From: the human T2T-CHM13v2.0 reference genome, Homo sapiens
NCBI RefSeq assembly: GCF_009914755.1
Contig: NC_060926.1
Length of the DNA: 64,000 nt
Reading direction: 5' to 3' (one strand)
Part shown: one piece after another, positions 46,101 through 59,176 of the stretch
How the letters are laid out: every line of letters starts with the position of its first letter
How positions within the stretch are numbered: position 1 is the first letter of the stretch
Program-made: the position numbers and the translations under genes
The notes under the pieces: model-generated
What the model saw: the letters and a program-made list of their open reading frames with translations, nothing else
Database searches by the model: none
What the model was told of the DNA's origin: nothing

Positions 46101-46709
46101 CCATATTCAACCCCCAGGGCCTGAACAGATTTATTTGGTGGAACTTAAACAACAACAACAAAAACCTGTCAGTTTCCCCTGGAGCATATGGGAAGGAGGA
46201 GATACAGGGAGCAAAACACTGAATACAGTAAAAGCCCCCAGGCATTTTCCAAGGTGATTTCTGTCTTCAGTGTTAGTAAACTCATAAAATATATATGCAT
46301 ATGATCAGCCTGTTTTTCATAAAAGACTATGGTGTATGCTACATATTAATAATTCAGGCAGACCAAGGCAACATGTATGGTTGGAGGAATGTGGAGACAA
46401 AGAAAAGAATGAGGAATAAGCTCCCAGAAATCTACAGTAATCATTGGATGATATGTGGTCTCTCATGCGCCTGTGAAATCAGTATTCAGAAATGAAGACA
46501 CAGCTTGAGTGGGAGCATGGAGACCTAGTTTACATTTGTATTACAACTCCCAATATAATTTTTATAAACATGGTTTTGATGCTTCTTCAATGGCTGTCAA
46601 ATTCCAACAGAATAAAACTAACGTTTTTATCCTGAAGTTATAGCTTCTCAATCAGGTTCCAAATTACCCAAAAGGGTAAGTCACTGTACCTTTCTTAGGA
46701 TAGAATATG

Positions 46710-47635
46710 TAAAAGTTTCCCAATCCCTGCCTTTTTAAAAAGGAGGTTTTGCACATCCAATATCTAAAAGGCACACCAGAAATCTTACAGTAAGATTTCT
46801 GAAATCACAGTGGCTTGGGTTAGCAATGAAACAACTTAAAAAAGAGATAAGCAGTTTCTTAATAAACTCCTTTCATATACAAAGAAAACTCAGGAGTAAA
46901 GGACCACCTCTTCTCTAAAACATACTAGTAGAGGTCAGAGCTCTTTAAAGGCAGGGATCACATCTGAGTTCTCTCTGTATTCATCACATTGCCAACCAAA
47001 CAGTGTTTTTATCTTTAGTAGTCAATTGAGAAATGTTTGCTCACTGATAAATGAATAAATCTGCATTGATGCTCTCAAAATGCTTTAAGAAACAAGATAG
47101 AAAAAGTGAATGTGAGAAGAGTATGGACAAGCAAAATCCACAGCTAACTGAAGGGTACAACCACTGACAATAAGACATTCACATTAAAATAATAGCATTA
47201 ACAAGCACTGTAATAGCCTATGAAAGCCAATCAGGGGATTAATTCAACCCACAAGTTGATTGTAAAGTAAAATACAGAAGCAGAGAAAAGCAAAGAATTT
47301 AGACTGAGTTTTTCTCTGTGTGTGTTTAGGCACATTGTAGCATTTTTTTTGTGTGTGCAAGGCTGACCTAAATAAGTAGTGATATACTAATTTCGACTTT
47401 CCTTTTCTCTCACTGTATTTTGCATTTGTTTGCGGTTTAATTGGAAGTTCTTTGGATACACCTTCCTAACATGACAATCTCTGCAGAAGAATTCCCAATA
47501 AAATGTTTCCCAATCCTTACTTTTTAAAAAGAGAGACTATGCATGTCCAATATCTAAAAGGTATACCAGAAATCTTAGAATATGACTGATTTCTGAAATC
47601 ACAATGGCTTGAGTTAGCAATAAAACAACTTAAAA
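46710..47635. repeat. Dispersed direct duplication of ~130 bp (46710-46841 and 47499-47635)
   Basis: gtttcccaatcc...tccaatatctaaaagg...ccagaaatctta...gatttctgaaatcaca.tggcttg.gttagcaat.aaacaacttaaaa occurs twice. Confidence 0.9.
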
Positions 47636-47676
47636 TATTTATCTTTGGAGGAGAAAATTTTAGATGTTTAGAGGTG

Positions 47677-47752
47677 TACCTTGAGTTACTAATACCTTGA
47701 GTTACTAATAACTTGAGTTACTAATTAGTAACTTTGAGTTACTAATACCTTG
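47677..47752. repeat. 16-bp tandem array with an internal inversion
   Basis: Three units of ta(c/a)cttgagttactaa, then inverted ttagtaact, then a further partial unit. Confidence 0.9.
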
Positions 47753-48129
47753 CTCTACAACTCTTTAAGATCTATTAAAAGAGGACTTACAACTTCCCAT
47801 TTAGCGTATTTCATATCCATTAGTGGCACTAAGTTCTCTTAGCAGACCTTACAACTATCTAATACCATATTATTTATTGGCTAATTTATTTGTTGTATCT
47901 TTCTACCAATCTACAATGTAAGTTCCATGAAAGCAAGCATTTTCTTCATTCATAGTTGATTCTCAATGTTTACAAAATATTTCTGGTTTACAATAAATGC
48001 TCTATAGATATATTTCTGTAGATTATTATAAGTGGTTATAAATAAATGGTCTAAAGGGAAATTTACTGAGAGAAAGACAGTGAAAACAAATAAAGATAAG
48101 TCCCTCATAGAGTTGTGATAAAACTGGAA

Positions 48130-48420
48130 CACACTTATTTTATGCTGATATCTTTATAAATTGTTAGAAGCATTTTGGAGAGTGATTTGCAAATGCAAAT
48201 CAAGAGAAATTCCTGAACTTTTACTCCTAGAAACTTAACTAATAAAAACTGCTCTACAGAAAACAAAATAATGTAATGTTGATATTCATAATAGTACTTA
48301 TTTCTAAATATGAAATATTGAAAAACAATGTAAATGCTCATCATCAGGATAATAAAGTATTCCACATCAACCTGATAAAATATTATGTATTGTTAAAATT
48401 ATTATTATTAAATATATGTG
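48130..48420 (+). mobile_element. Ancient L1ME ORF2 3' fragment
   Basis: ttttggagagtgatttgcaaatg...aattcctgaacttttactcctagaaactt...aatgtaaatgctcatca. Confidence 0.45.
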
Positions 48421-50554
48421 GATATGTGGAAGGTATAGATGGCACCACTAAGGCAGAGGGTAGAATTTGAATTGCCATGCAACTGAAATACCTGTCAGTG
48501 TTGTGTGGACATTCCAGAGATAAAAGGGACAAGGTACTGAATATGAGTTATGGAATGCCCTCAGAATCATTTGAAATGAAGAAGTCCATAAAACACTATT
48601 CTCGCATGACAAGAACTAGTGGAATGCCTGCCCCCAATTCTATTTGTTTTTATCCTTGGCACCACTGACTTCTCTCCCATTGAGTATGAGATGGTTGGTT
48701 TCTCCTTTGGGTTGGTTTCTCCTTTTGACTTTGTTGAGGTGCAAATTTATGGCTTTTCATGTACACGTCTGCCAATCTGTCTTCTGGCATACAGTAACTT
48801 TGTCATGGAGATCACTAAAGTAACTCTGTGACCACATGGAGACTGGACGATGACACATGTAAGCTGTATTCTACCCAGAGAGCATAGAAGGTGTGTCTCT
48901 TAGTGTGGGAACAGAATGCCCACACTAAGCATCCAGGTTAGAGAGGCAGATGGTCTCTCTCCACAGTGCTACTTCAAGCCTCGTCTAGCTTAGCTTCCTT
49001 TGTTTTTATGGGCTGTCCCCTCACTGGCTGTCATTGGAAAGTTCTGCAGCTGTGCCACACATAGTTCCTGCAATTGATTTCCAGATTGTGGCTTTTCTTC
49101 TAGGTGACAGACATTCAAATAACTATTTTGCTTTTCATTTTAACGAAAAGGAATTTAAATTAATAAGGGATGTGATTTTGTTAATTTTAGCAAAATTTAA
49201 AAGATATAGAAAATATCTGGAGTTTATGAAATTAAAAGATTTCTGGAAATAGGCCAGGATTAGCAATTAAGGTAATTTTCCTTTTCTGATCATGGGAGTT
49301 TTGTGTGTTTCATGGCAGAAAATATAGACAAGAGAATAAAAGGTACCACTGAATTAAAAAACTATGTCATTTAACTATTGCACTTTTTCTTCTTTCTGCA
49401 TAATGATTTAGTTTGCCATAGATACATTTTTATCTTGTAAATGTGATAATTATGTTTCTTCCTGTGTTATTATTTCTTATACACATCATTTTAATGTGTG
49501 CATCAATTAATATTTAATCACTTTAATATTTCATAGCTTCACCTACCTATATTAAGATTATATTTGTTCATGGATAATCTCTGTTGGTTTTATATTTAAG
49601 ATACATGTTAATTTGTATTTTATAATAGCAGTGAAGAATAAATTTAAAAGTAGAATTACCAGATAAAACATAATGACTATTTAAAGTCTCATTGTTATGT
49701 TGTACAGTTGTTTTCCTAGAATTCTGTTCTTACTCCTGGCATTTGCATTGAGTCACCTCCAGGAGATATTGAAGAATGTGACAATAAGTAAGTTTGCAAA
49801 ATAGCAACTCTTAAAGTTGGTCTGGCCACCAAGCAGATACCTCAGGATGATATTCTGCCTAACCTTATTTACTATATGTATGAAAAATTCAACTTGGTTA
49901 CAAATTCCCATGCATATAAGATAAGATAAAATTATGCTTTCTTCCCTAAAAACAGAGTAATCTGCTTGTCTTACATAAAATGTTCTATTTCCTCATCTAA
50001 ATTATTTTGTTTTGTTGAGCCTACCTAGTAGAAACTCAATTAGTAAGTCAGCCTTATGCATAACACATGAAAAATTAGTGTTCATTACCCTACATAGAAC
50101 CCAGAGATGCATTTTCTTTGCTGTATTTTTGTTATTTTAATGGCTTTATTCGGCTTGCCTATTGGTTCAGCCACCCATTCCATACTTCTTGTTACTATCA
50201 GGGTGACCAACACATTGATGTTATTTGCTCAGCCCCTGTAGGCACATGAGGTAGTGAATGCTGAGCAAGCACACTATTCATCAATTCAGTATGTGTTCTA
50301 ATTCTTTGTTCAGAAAGCATAGTCATTTCAGTCATTGGGTTAATTTTTTAATTTTCATTATTTTGAGCTCCTTGCTGCTACTTTCTGAAGTCTTTCAAAT
50401 TTGAGGCATGTCCAAATTCAGGTGTGCAGGCTTTCAAAGTACCTTTCAACTCCATCCACAAGCTTCCTCTTAGCAAACTTCCTCACAGGCCCATGGGGCA
50501 AATTTTCTTTTATTATGGCTGGCATGGGTTTAACATAAAACTTCAAATTAAGAC

Positions 50555-51965
50555 CTGTTTACCTCAGATCCTATTACTTGATTCATCAAGTTTGACTTTC
50601 AACAAAAAACTACAAAGCAGGCTAAAAGTTAAGCAAAAGAAACAGTCAAAAAACATAAAGCAAGCATCAGAACCCAACTCAGATATAATTGGGATTTTGG
50701 AATTTTCAAACAAAAATTTGAAATAATTATTATTCGTATGTTAGAGGCCCTCAGAGAAAAAGTGAGTAACATTCAAAAACAGATAGGCAATGTAAACTGA
50801 GAGATGGAAACCCAGAAAGAATAAAAAAGAAATGCTAGAAACCAAAAACAGTGTAAGAAAAATAAAGAATGCCTTTGATGGACTGACCAGTAGACTGATC
50901 ATGGCTAAGGACATAATCAGTGACCTTAAAAATATATCAAGAGCCTTCCCAAAATGAGATACAAAGAGAAAAAAAATGAATAGGGAAAAACTCATAATAT
51001 CCATAAACTTTGGGACAATTTTATTGGAATACCAGATGTAGAAGAGAGAAAGGAAGAGAAGAAATATTTGAAGTACTATAATAATGGTTGAGAATTTTTC
51101 AGAAGTAATGACAGACACAAAAATCACATATCTAGGCAGTTTATATAATACCAATCAGGATAAATACCATAAAATCTGCAGCTGGACATACCATATTCAA
51201 ATTGCAGAATACCAAAGGCAAAGTGAATATCATAAAAGAAGTAATTGATAAATCAAATGAACAGAAATTCAGTGTAAATATTTCACCTGAGCAGCACCAT
51301 CAATTAACTTGATTTCATTGATATTTATGGAATATACCTTCCAACAACAGTTGAATACATGTTCTTGTCAAGCTCACATAAAACATTCATCAAGACAGAC
51401 CACATTCTGTTCCATAAGACACATCTTGAAAACTTTTGCAAACAGAATTCATATAAAATGTGCTCTCAGACCATAGTAAAATTCAACTAGAAATCAATAA
51501 TAGAAAGACAGCTGAAAAAAAAGACCAAATATTTGGAGATGAGCAACACACTTCTACGTAACACATGGATTAAAAAAAAAGTTTTAGAAAAAACTTTTTA
51601 AATATTTTGAAATAAAGAAAATAAAAATAAAATCCATAAAAATTTCACTGGGGTACAGTGAAAAAATACCTAGAAAGAATTTTATAGCATTAAATGCACA
51701 TATTAGGAAAAAAAGGAAAAATCTAATCAATAACTGAAAACTCTACCTTAAGAATCTAGAGAGAGAAGAGTAATATACCTAAAACCTACAGAAGAAAATA
51801 AAATAATTGAACAGAAATCAATAAAATTGAAAATAAGAAATCAATACAGACAATTAATGAAACCAAATTGTTCCATTGAAGAGACTAAAAATATTGACAA
51901 GCTTCTAGGCAGTCTAACCAACAAAAATGAGACAAGATAAAAGTTACTAACATCAGAAATAAACT
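50555..51965 (+). mobile_element. Old L1M (L1MC/M4-like) ORF1-ORF2 fragment with internal deletion
   Basis: aagaatgcctttgatggactgaccagtagactg (ORF1); jumps near 51245 to ORF2 endonuclease sequence gaatacatgttcttgtcaagctcaca...agaccacattctg...ctctcagaccatag. Confidence 0.8.
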
Positions 51966-53234
51966 TTATCAAGAATCAGCCCATAGTTGTATTGGCTGCT
52001 TATTCTGATAGAAGAATAAAATCACTAAAGTATATCGGTCCTGAAAATTACCCAGAGAAGCAGGGAAGGATCTCGCTAATATTCTTGTTCAAAAGCTATT
52101 AAGATAACCATGGGAATGTGTTTTTATTGTAACAATAGCTTATGTAGAAGCAGAACAAGAGATTCTGAGTTCCTTGTTTTACATTACAGAAATACTATTT
52201 TGTATTTACGAAGCTCTAGTGTCATGATCAGTTTGTTGGATGTAATTCCCATAGCGTTTAAGTTCCGCTGTAGAAAAGAAAGCACTTTCCAAGCTCCATT
52301 CCCTCCCTCCTTTCTCCAGAGGGTATTTTGTAAATTACAGCTTCTGCACACTACATAGTTCCCTAGCGGCCTGCTATAGTGAACATAGTTCTTCAAAGTG
52401 CATAATAACTCCCAAGTTGCAGTTTAAGCAGTGGGAAATTAGAATGAATTATGGAGAATGAAAATACCCCCAGATGTCTTGCTTTTCTTGCAGGGAGGGA
52501 AGGGTGGCCCTTTAATGGTTCCAGATGTGGTACAAACAGCACCAGCCATCAGATTTGTTTCCCACAGCTTCCCAGCATAAAAACAGATCTCAGAGACAGA
52601 CTCTGAGTAAGACAAAGGGATTTTTTTCACTCAGATTTTTTGTACCTGATTCGCAGATATCATTATTCTGGCAATGCTTTTCTCACAAACAGAAGTCACC
52701 GAAGTGCTTTGAAAATGCAAATCACTTTTGAAGCATCTCTCTAGTTTCATTGTTTAAAGGCCCAAATCTTCTCACTTAACAAACAGTGAAATCATCAACA
52801 TATTATATTTGTGTGGTTTTGTTTCTAAAAAACCACAGTTGGGATTACTCTGGCAATAAAAGACAAGTCATATCAGGAAACTAGTGGTTAGAAGTGCTAA
52901 ATAGATGGGCAGCGATGAGATCCCTCAAACGTGACACTGGAAATTCACCAACGTTATCAGCAGTACTGTAGAATAATGTCAGCAATACTTATATCAACAC
53001 CATGTAAACACCATGTAACTTGGAAAGAAGTTTCCTGGGAGCAAAAAAGGAAATGTGACTGTGGGCAAGATAAGGGTTGGGATTAAGAGATGGGAAGGGA
53101 GTTTTTCTGATTGCATTCTACTTTGGTAGGAAACGATTATCTCTCAGTACAACATTGCTATTGCCCACTGTTTCTTCTTGACCTCCTAAGGCTCATCCTA
53201 CTCTACATCATACTTACCAACACCAGATTGTCTC

Positions 53235-53839
53235 TGTCGACGGAAAGGGTCAAATTCTGTTAAAAAATGTGAAAATATTTAGTCTGAGCCAAACATGAGT
53301 GACTATGGCCCGTGACGCATCCCTCAGGAGGTCCTGAGAACATGTACCCAAGGTCGTTGGGATACAGCTTGGTTTTATACAATTTGGGGAGACATGAAAC
53401 TTCAATCAAATACATTTAAAAGAAGTATAGACTTTCTAGTTTGGTCCAGAAAGTTGAGACAACTCGAAGCAGGGGGGCCTCCAGCTTATAGGTATATTTA
53501 AGAATTTTCTGGTTGACCATTGGTTGAGTTTATCTAAAGACCTGGATCAATAGAAAGAAATGTCTGAGTAAAGATAAAGATTTATGGAGACCCAAGTTCT
53601 TACTTGCAGGGGATGCCTTCAGGTAGTAGGCTTCAGAGCGAATAGCTTGTAAAATGTTCCTTATCAGAGTTAAAATCTGTGTTGATGTTAATGCTAGAGA
53701 GGTATGATGAGGCATGTCTGACCCCTACTTTCTGTCATGGCCTGAACCAGTCTCTCAGGTTAAATTTTAAGAGTGCCCTGGCTGAGGAGGAAGTCCATTC
53801 AGATGGTTAGGGGCCTTAAAATTTTATTTTTGGCTTATA
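53235..53839 (-). mobile_element. MER4-group ERV1 solo LTR (MER4A1-like)
   Basis: ctgagccaaacatgagtgactatggcccgtgac...ctcaggaggtcctgagaacatgtacccaagg...gaggaagtccattcagatggtt...ttttatttttggctt. Confidence 0.8.
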
Positions 53840-54576
53840 CTTCCAAAAATAATAGTGTCTCAAGATCCCAGCTGTCTACCAACTTCCAGTGCTTTAAACC
53901 AGGCAAACCATCTTGGGATATGCAGACTACTCACTCTTTCCTTTAGTCTTCTATCTTTGCCCTGTCAACACTCTTCCATTGTGTTATGTTCTTATAACTT
54001 TCTGGCCTTCTTGTTTCTTATTAAAGTATATTTTTTCCTTCATGATATCCCTTAAGACTTGATTAGGGATTTTACATATATACTTTTCTTTCATGATTTT
54101 AAAATAAAATGCATTTATTATATTTTTTGAAATAAATAATGCACTAACAGTAGAAATGCTGCATCCCACAAATTTTTCAAATCAGATCACATCTTCTGTC
54201 ACAACAAAAGATTACTATTATTTTTGATTCACTCAAAACGTTCTTTTTTATGTTTATTTGAAGAAATACGAACCTGTAGTCTTTTTCCCCTTTTATCACA
54301 TAACTGTTTGCATACCATACACATGTTCTTCACCTTGCTCTTTAAAATTTACTAATATGTTTTGGAGTTATTTATATTACAGTACATAAATAAGTTTCTT
54401 ACTCTATTTTATGTTTCATAATATTCCATTGCAAATATAGATCATCATAAGTTTATTTCATGCTTATTGTTGAACTTTTAGTTTATTATTAATATTTTGG
54501 TATCAGAAATAATGCAACAATGAAAAGCCTTAACATACATCAATTTGCATGGGTGCACATTTGTGAAAGAAATCTT

Positions 54577-55147
54577 ATATTGGTCTTCTATTGCTGCATA
54601 ACAAATTACCATAGATTTAGAGACTTAAAACGACACATATTTATTATATCATAGTTTCTGTGAATCAGGAGTCCATTACGGAGTAATTTAGTCCTCTACT
54701 CAGGTTCTGGCAAAGCCATAATTAAGTTATCAGCATAGCTGTGTTGCCACCTGGAATCCAGAGTCCTCCTCCAGGCTCACTCAGGCTGTTGTCAGAATTC
54801 AGTTCCTTAGAGCTGCAGAACTCACGTGGACTGTTTAATTTGGCCAGCAGAAGAGTCTCTGGTGCCTGCTAGGTAATACTTCCCCTATATCTTTTTTTGA
54901 AAGAGCTTCATTAAGTCAGTCCCACCCAGGATCATTTTGCCTTTGATTAACTTAAAGTTCACTGATTAAAGGCCTTAATTAAATCTGCAAAATAGCTTCA
55001 CCTTTGACTTATAATAAAATCACTGGAGTAATAACCCATTTTTTTTTACCGTATTTTATTGGTTAAGAGGCAAGTTATAGGTCTTGCCTGCACTCAAGAG
55101 GCATGAACATGGATCACTGGGGAGTTTCTTAGACATCTGCCAACCTC
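54577..55147 (-). mobile_element. MLT1E-like LTR
   Basis: ttctattgctgcataacaaattacca...ttaaaacgacacatatttattat...cagaattcagttcctt...gattaacttaaag. Confidence 0.7.
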
Positions 55148-55832
55148 AAAGTGAAATAGTGGGATCAATTGCAATTTTGAAGGAAATTTGCCAAAGGGTC
55201 TCCCTAAAAATTACACTTTCAATAACAAAACATTCGTGTTTCCTCATGGGCCTCACCAGCACTATGTGTGAATAAATTCTCTAATGATATCACAATTTAT
55301 AGGTCAATAAGGGATTCTTGATATGATTTTTCTTTCTTTTATTATAAATGAGATCAAGTAGCTTTTAATATATTTAAATATGACTAAAGTTATTTTCATT
55401 AATACTCATCTCTTCTTTTTTTCTCAGTGGGTTAGTTGTCTTTATCTTACTGATTTGAGAAGACTTTTAAATATTTGTCTGTTAATGGGACTTGCAAACA
55501 TTTCTTATAACTTTACAAGTTCATCATTTTTTTTACTTTATCTTTTTTCTTTTGGAGCCATGTAAAAGTTTATGTATTTATGCTATCAGATTCAGAGTTT
55601 TTGTGTGCATGTGTGTGGTTTTTTGAGTTTGAGCAACTGTTTACATTGAAAAAATAATTGAAAACATTTTCTTTTATTTGTGCCTTTATGAATTTATATT
55701 TACATAGTCTTTGTGTCGGGAATTTTTTAGTAGTTTATTTTCAATATGAATATATGTTTTTTAATAGGCTGTGCTCACCATTTATTGCTTAATTTGTCTT
55801 TACTTGAATTTAAATAACCTCTTATGGAAAAC

Positions 55833-56149
55833 TGTATTTTCCAAGATGGCACAATTTTCTTAAAGTGAGATCTTGGTATTATTTCTTTGAGAGCAAGGGT
55901 CTATGTTCTCTACCCTGCACTCAAGAGGACCTTTGTTAACTGCCTCAGCCAATAGAATAAGGTAGAAGGGATACTGTGTGATTTACAAAGATAACTAATG
56001 AAAGGCAATATGACTTCTACCTGGCTTTTCGATTCAGGAAATGTGCCTTTGGAGCTTGAGCCACAAATAAGAAGTTCATCTACTTTGATACTGACATGGT
56101 GGAGAGACCATACAGAGAGAGAGAGAGAGAAAGAGAGATGATCGATAGT

Positions 56150-56193
<44 letters not shown>

Positions 56194-56437
56194 CCTGTAG
56201 AGATAGAAAGAGACACATACGGATCTTTGACTTTTCTACTACCCAGCTTTTAGCGCAGGCACCAGACATATAAGTGAAGCCACCTTTGACATGACCAAGG
56301 ACTAGCCAGTCAGAATCACACAACTAAGATGCCCCCACATCTGAACCCACAGAGATTACAAGTGATGATAAATAATTGTAATTTTAAGGCACTAAATTAT
56401 GTGGTGATTTGCTACACAGCAATAGTAACCAGATTAC
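55833..56437 (+). mobile_element. MLT1G/H-like LTR
   Basis: ttccaagatggc...actgcctcagccaatagaataagg...ttttaaggcactaaattatgtggtgatttgctacacagcaatagtaacc. Confidence 0.7.
56113..56193. repeat. (GA)n plus (AGAT)10 STR
   Basis: AGAT units at 56151-56190 preceded by a GA run. Confidence 0.95.
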
Positions 56438-56896
56438 TCTTCTATAGTAACCAGATTATTCCTCTATCATATGCCAAATTTACGTCTGAATTTGTGTATA
56501 TGTATGGCTTTAATATTCTGTTCTATTGTTTGGATTATCGATTCATGCACCATATTGTACAGTTTTAATTACAGAAAATTTAAAATGTTGGGTTTTACTA
56601 TTCAACAGTATTACTCCCCCTGTATTGATCTCACTGTTTCAGAGTGTTTCTGAACATTTCCCGAATTTTTTAATAAAAACTTTACAGTCACAATTTTTAG
56701 TTTAAAAAACACAGATATTCTAATTAAATTAGAGTAAATGTAAACACTATGGGGAATATTGCTATGCTCATTCTTTTAAAATCTAAGAATGTGTTGTATT
56801 TTCACATTTGTTCAAATTGTCCTTAATGTCTTTCAGTAGAATTTGAAAGGTTTTTTTTCATATATTTCTTAAAATTTTTGAAAGTTTATTGCCTAA

Positions 56897-57241
56897 TGCT
56901 ATGGTTTGAGTGTGTCTCTGAAATTCAGCTGTCGTTACTGTGATAGTATTAATAAGTGAGGCCTTTAAGAGGTGATTAGGCCATGACATCTCCTTCCTAC
57001 TTAATTGGGTTAAGGCCCTTATAAAATAGGCTCTCTTCAGTGTTTGGCTAGCTTGCTTTCTTGCCCTCTCTCTTTCTGCCCTTTAAGAAGACAATAAGAA
57101 GGCCTCCACCAGACAAGAAGTGCCAGTTGCCTTGATTTTAGTCTTCCCAGTCTTCAAAACTGTGAGAAAACAAATTTCTGTTCTTTATAAGTTACCCAGT
57201 CTTAGGAATTCTGCAATAGAAGTGCAAAATAGACTAACACA
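56897..57241 (+). mobile_element. MST (C/D-like) MaLR LTR
   Basis: TGCTATGGTTTGAGTGTGTC...gaggcctttaagaggtgattagg...aaatttctgttctttataagttacccagtc...gactaacaCA. Confidence 0.8.
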
Positions 57242-59122
57242 ATTTAGTATTTAATTTGTGCTAGCTACTCTTAAAAATGAAGTATTTTCTGTTATTTTAT
57301 CATCTAACTCATATAGATTGTACACATAAATGCTACTGGATCCTATATACTATTTTTACAATCTTACTACTACATAAATCAATATAAGTTTTCTTGTCAT
57401 TTGTGGGCTATTTTTTATTAAAATAATACTCCTAGTTTTGTTACCAGAACTATTCAAAATCTTGAACTTCTATTTATCTAATTGCAACAGATAATGAAGT
57501 CAAAGATAAATAATGATAACAGAGGGCATCTTTCTTTTGCCCCTCTCTCTAGCAAAAATGTTTTTAGGGTTTCCCTATTAAGATGATGTCTTTGGAAGAA
57601 AAGAGATCTTTTAAATATTACAGAAACATCTACATATTTGTAACTATTAACTGTGTTTAATAATTGAGTCATTATTGACTATCTTGTTTTAACATGCTAT
57701 CCTAAAAATATGACTTTGACCAAACGTCCGGCCCTTTCACATCAAACACTCAAGAGATACACTTCACTGACCAAATCCACATGCAGAGACCATATTCAGA
57801 TTTTTCTATTTGTGATCTGTAACCCTTGGCCCCACTCAATGGCACAGGACACTGGATTACCCACATATTTCTATTATAGACTCTTACCTATTCAAATATT
57901 ACCTCATGTACAAAAGAAGTCTTTATACCTGTTAAATGCACGTATCTTCAAGTTGTTCCTACAAGAGACACATTAAAGCCTGCAGTCAGCTGGTGGCCCT
58001 CAAATTGTACTATGTAATATTTAAATACAGTACATAAATGTAAGGGAGGCAATGTCTCCTTTCCTTCTTTCCCAGAACTTAGTATGTATTTTTGAGAAAC
58101 ATTGTATTTGTTTAAAGTATTGAGTGGCCTATTGAAAATATTTAAAATTCATGAGTGTTCTATTCACATCAAACTCAGGAATTGTGTTTTAATACTCCAA
58201 GAAATTTTCTGTGCCAGATTGCAAGAAAACAAATGATTATAAAATTCAGCATTGCATATCCTGGTATAACTTGGGGGAATTATCTATTTTACCCAGATTT
58301 CAGAAATTTATAAATAGAGATGACAAAGGAGATAAAGGAATGCTTTACATGCAAATAGCTACATGTGTTTAATGAGGATATTAGTCTCACTGTGAGGTAC
58401 CTTGTGAATTTCAATAACCTGCCCTCAGGTAAGACTATTCAAATCATACACAGGCAATATCATTCCTACATTTTTTTTCTTAAAATGTTCAGATTTCCAT
58501 AGTTCCTTTAGGAATAGGTGCCAATTATTCAAAGTATTTGCTTTCAGCAATTAAACAATCTAAAATATATTCTTTCCATTACAGAATTTTATCACCTAAT
58601 TAACTGTCAGTGAGTATAACTCTCTGCAATAACATTGTAGTCTTTCATCTATTTAATGATAGTCACCAACTCCTTTCCCTTCCTTGTACTAAACACAACT
58701 CTTTATATTTTGTCATGAGCTTTCTTACTTAGTTTCATTATCTAATTTAGTAATGTTCAGTGAATGCCTAATTTATACCAGGAACTATTTAATTTCTGGG
58801 AATACAGTGTAACTAAAAAGAGAGGGTCCCTACTCTCACAATAAATATTTGTGGGGTAAATAAAGGTGTAAATAAAGCCATAAATAAATGCTTGGTTGTT
58901 ATTTTTTGTTGAAGTCAGGGATTGTTCCTTTTTTGTATTTGCAGCCTCTTTGCCTAAGTTTGTCTCTATGTTTAATAAACATAAATTTGATAAATACGAA
59001 TATGATAGAATAGCATCCAAACAAATGCTTAGTAGGCAGAACCAGTGACTAAATTTCATGCTAGTTTTATTTCAATAATTAAATGGAAAAAGTAGATAAC
59101 GAAGATAGCTGGAGTTTTGTTG

Positions 59123-59176
59123 GTGTGTGTATGTGTGTGTGTGCTCACACATGCGTGTGTGTGTGTGAGAGAGAGA
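59123..59176. repeat. (TG)n(GA)n microsatellite
   Basis: Directly visible. Confidence 0.85.

Larger units (their letters stand above)
54240..57680 (-). mobile_element. Ancient L1ME fragments interrupted by MLT1E, MLT1G/H and MST LTRs
   Basis: atattccattgcaaatatag..., ttgccaaa, tttgttcaaattgtccttaatgtctttcagtag, aataatgataacagagggcatctttc. Confidence 0.55.

Noticed and set aside
47677-47752. CRISPR-like appearance of short repeated units
   Set aside because: No unique spacers, no cas genes, and the context is a primate genome.
52355-52380. CTCF-like sequence ggccgctagggaac on the minus strand
   Set aside because: Two mismatches at the highly conserved GGC positions of the core motif.
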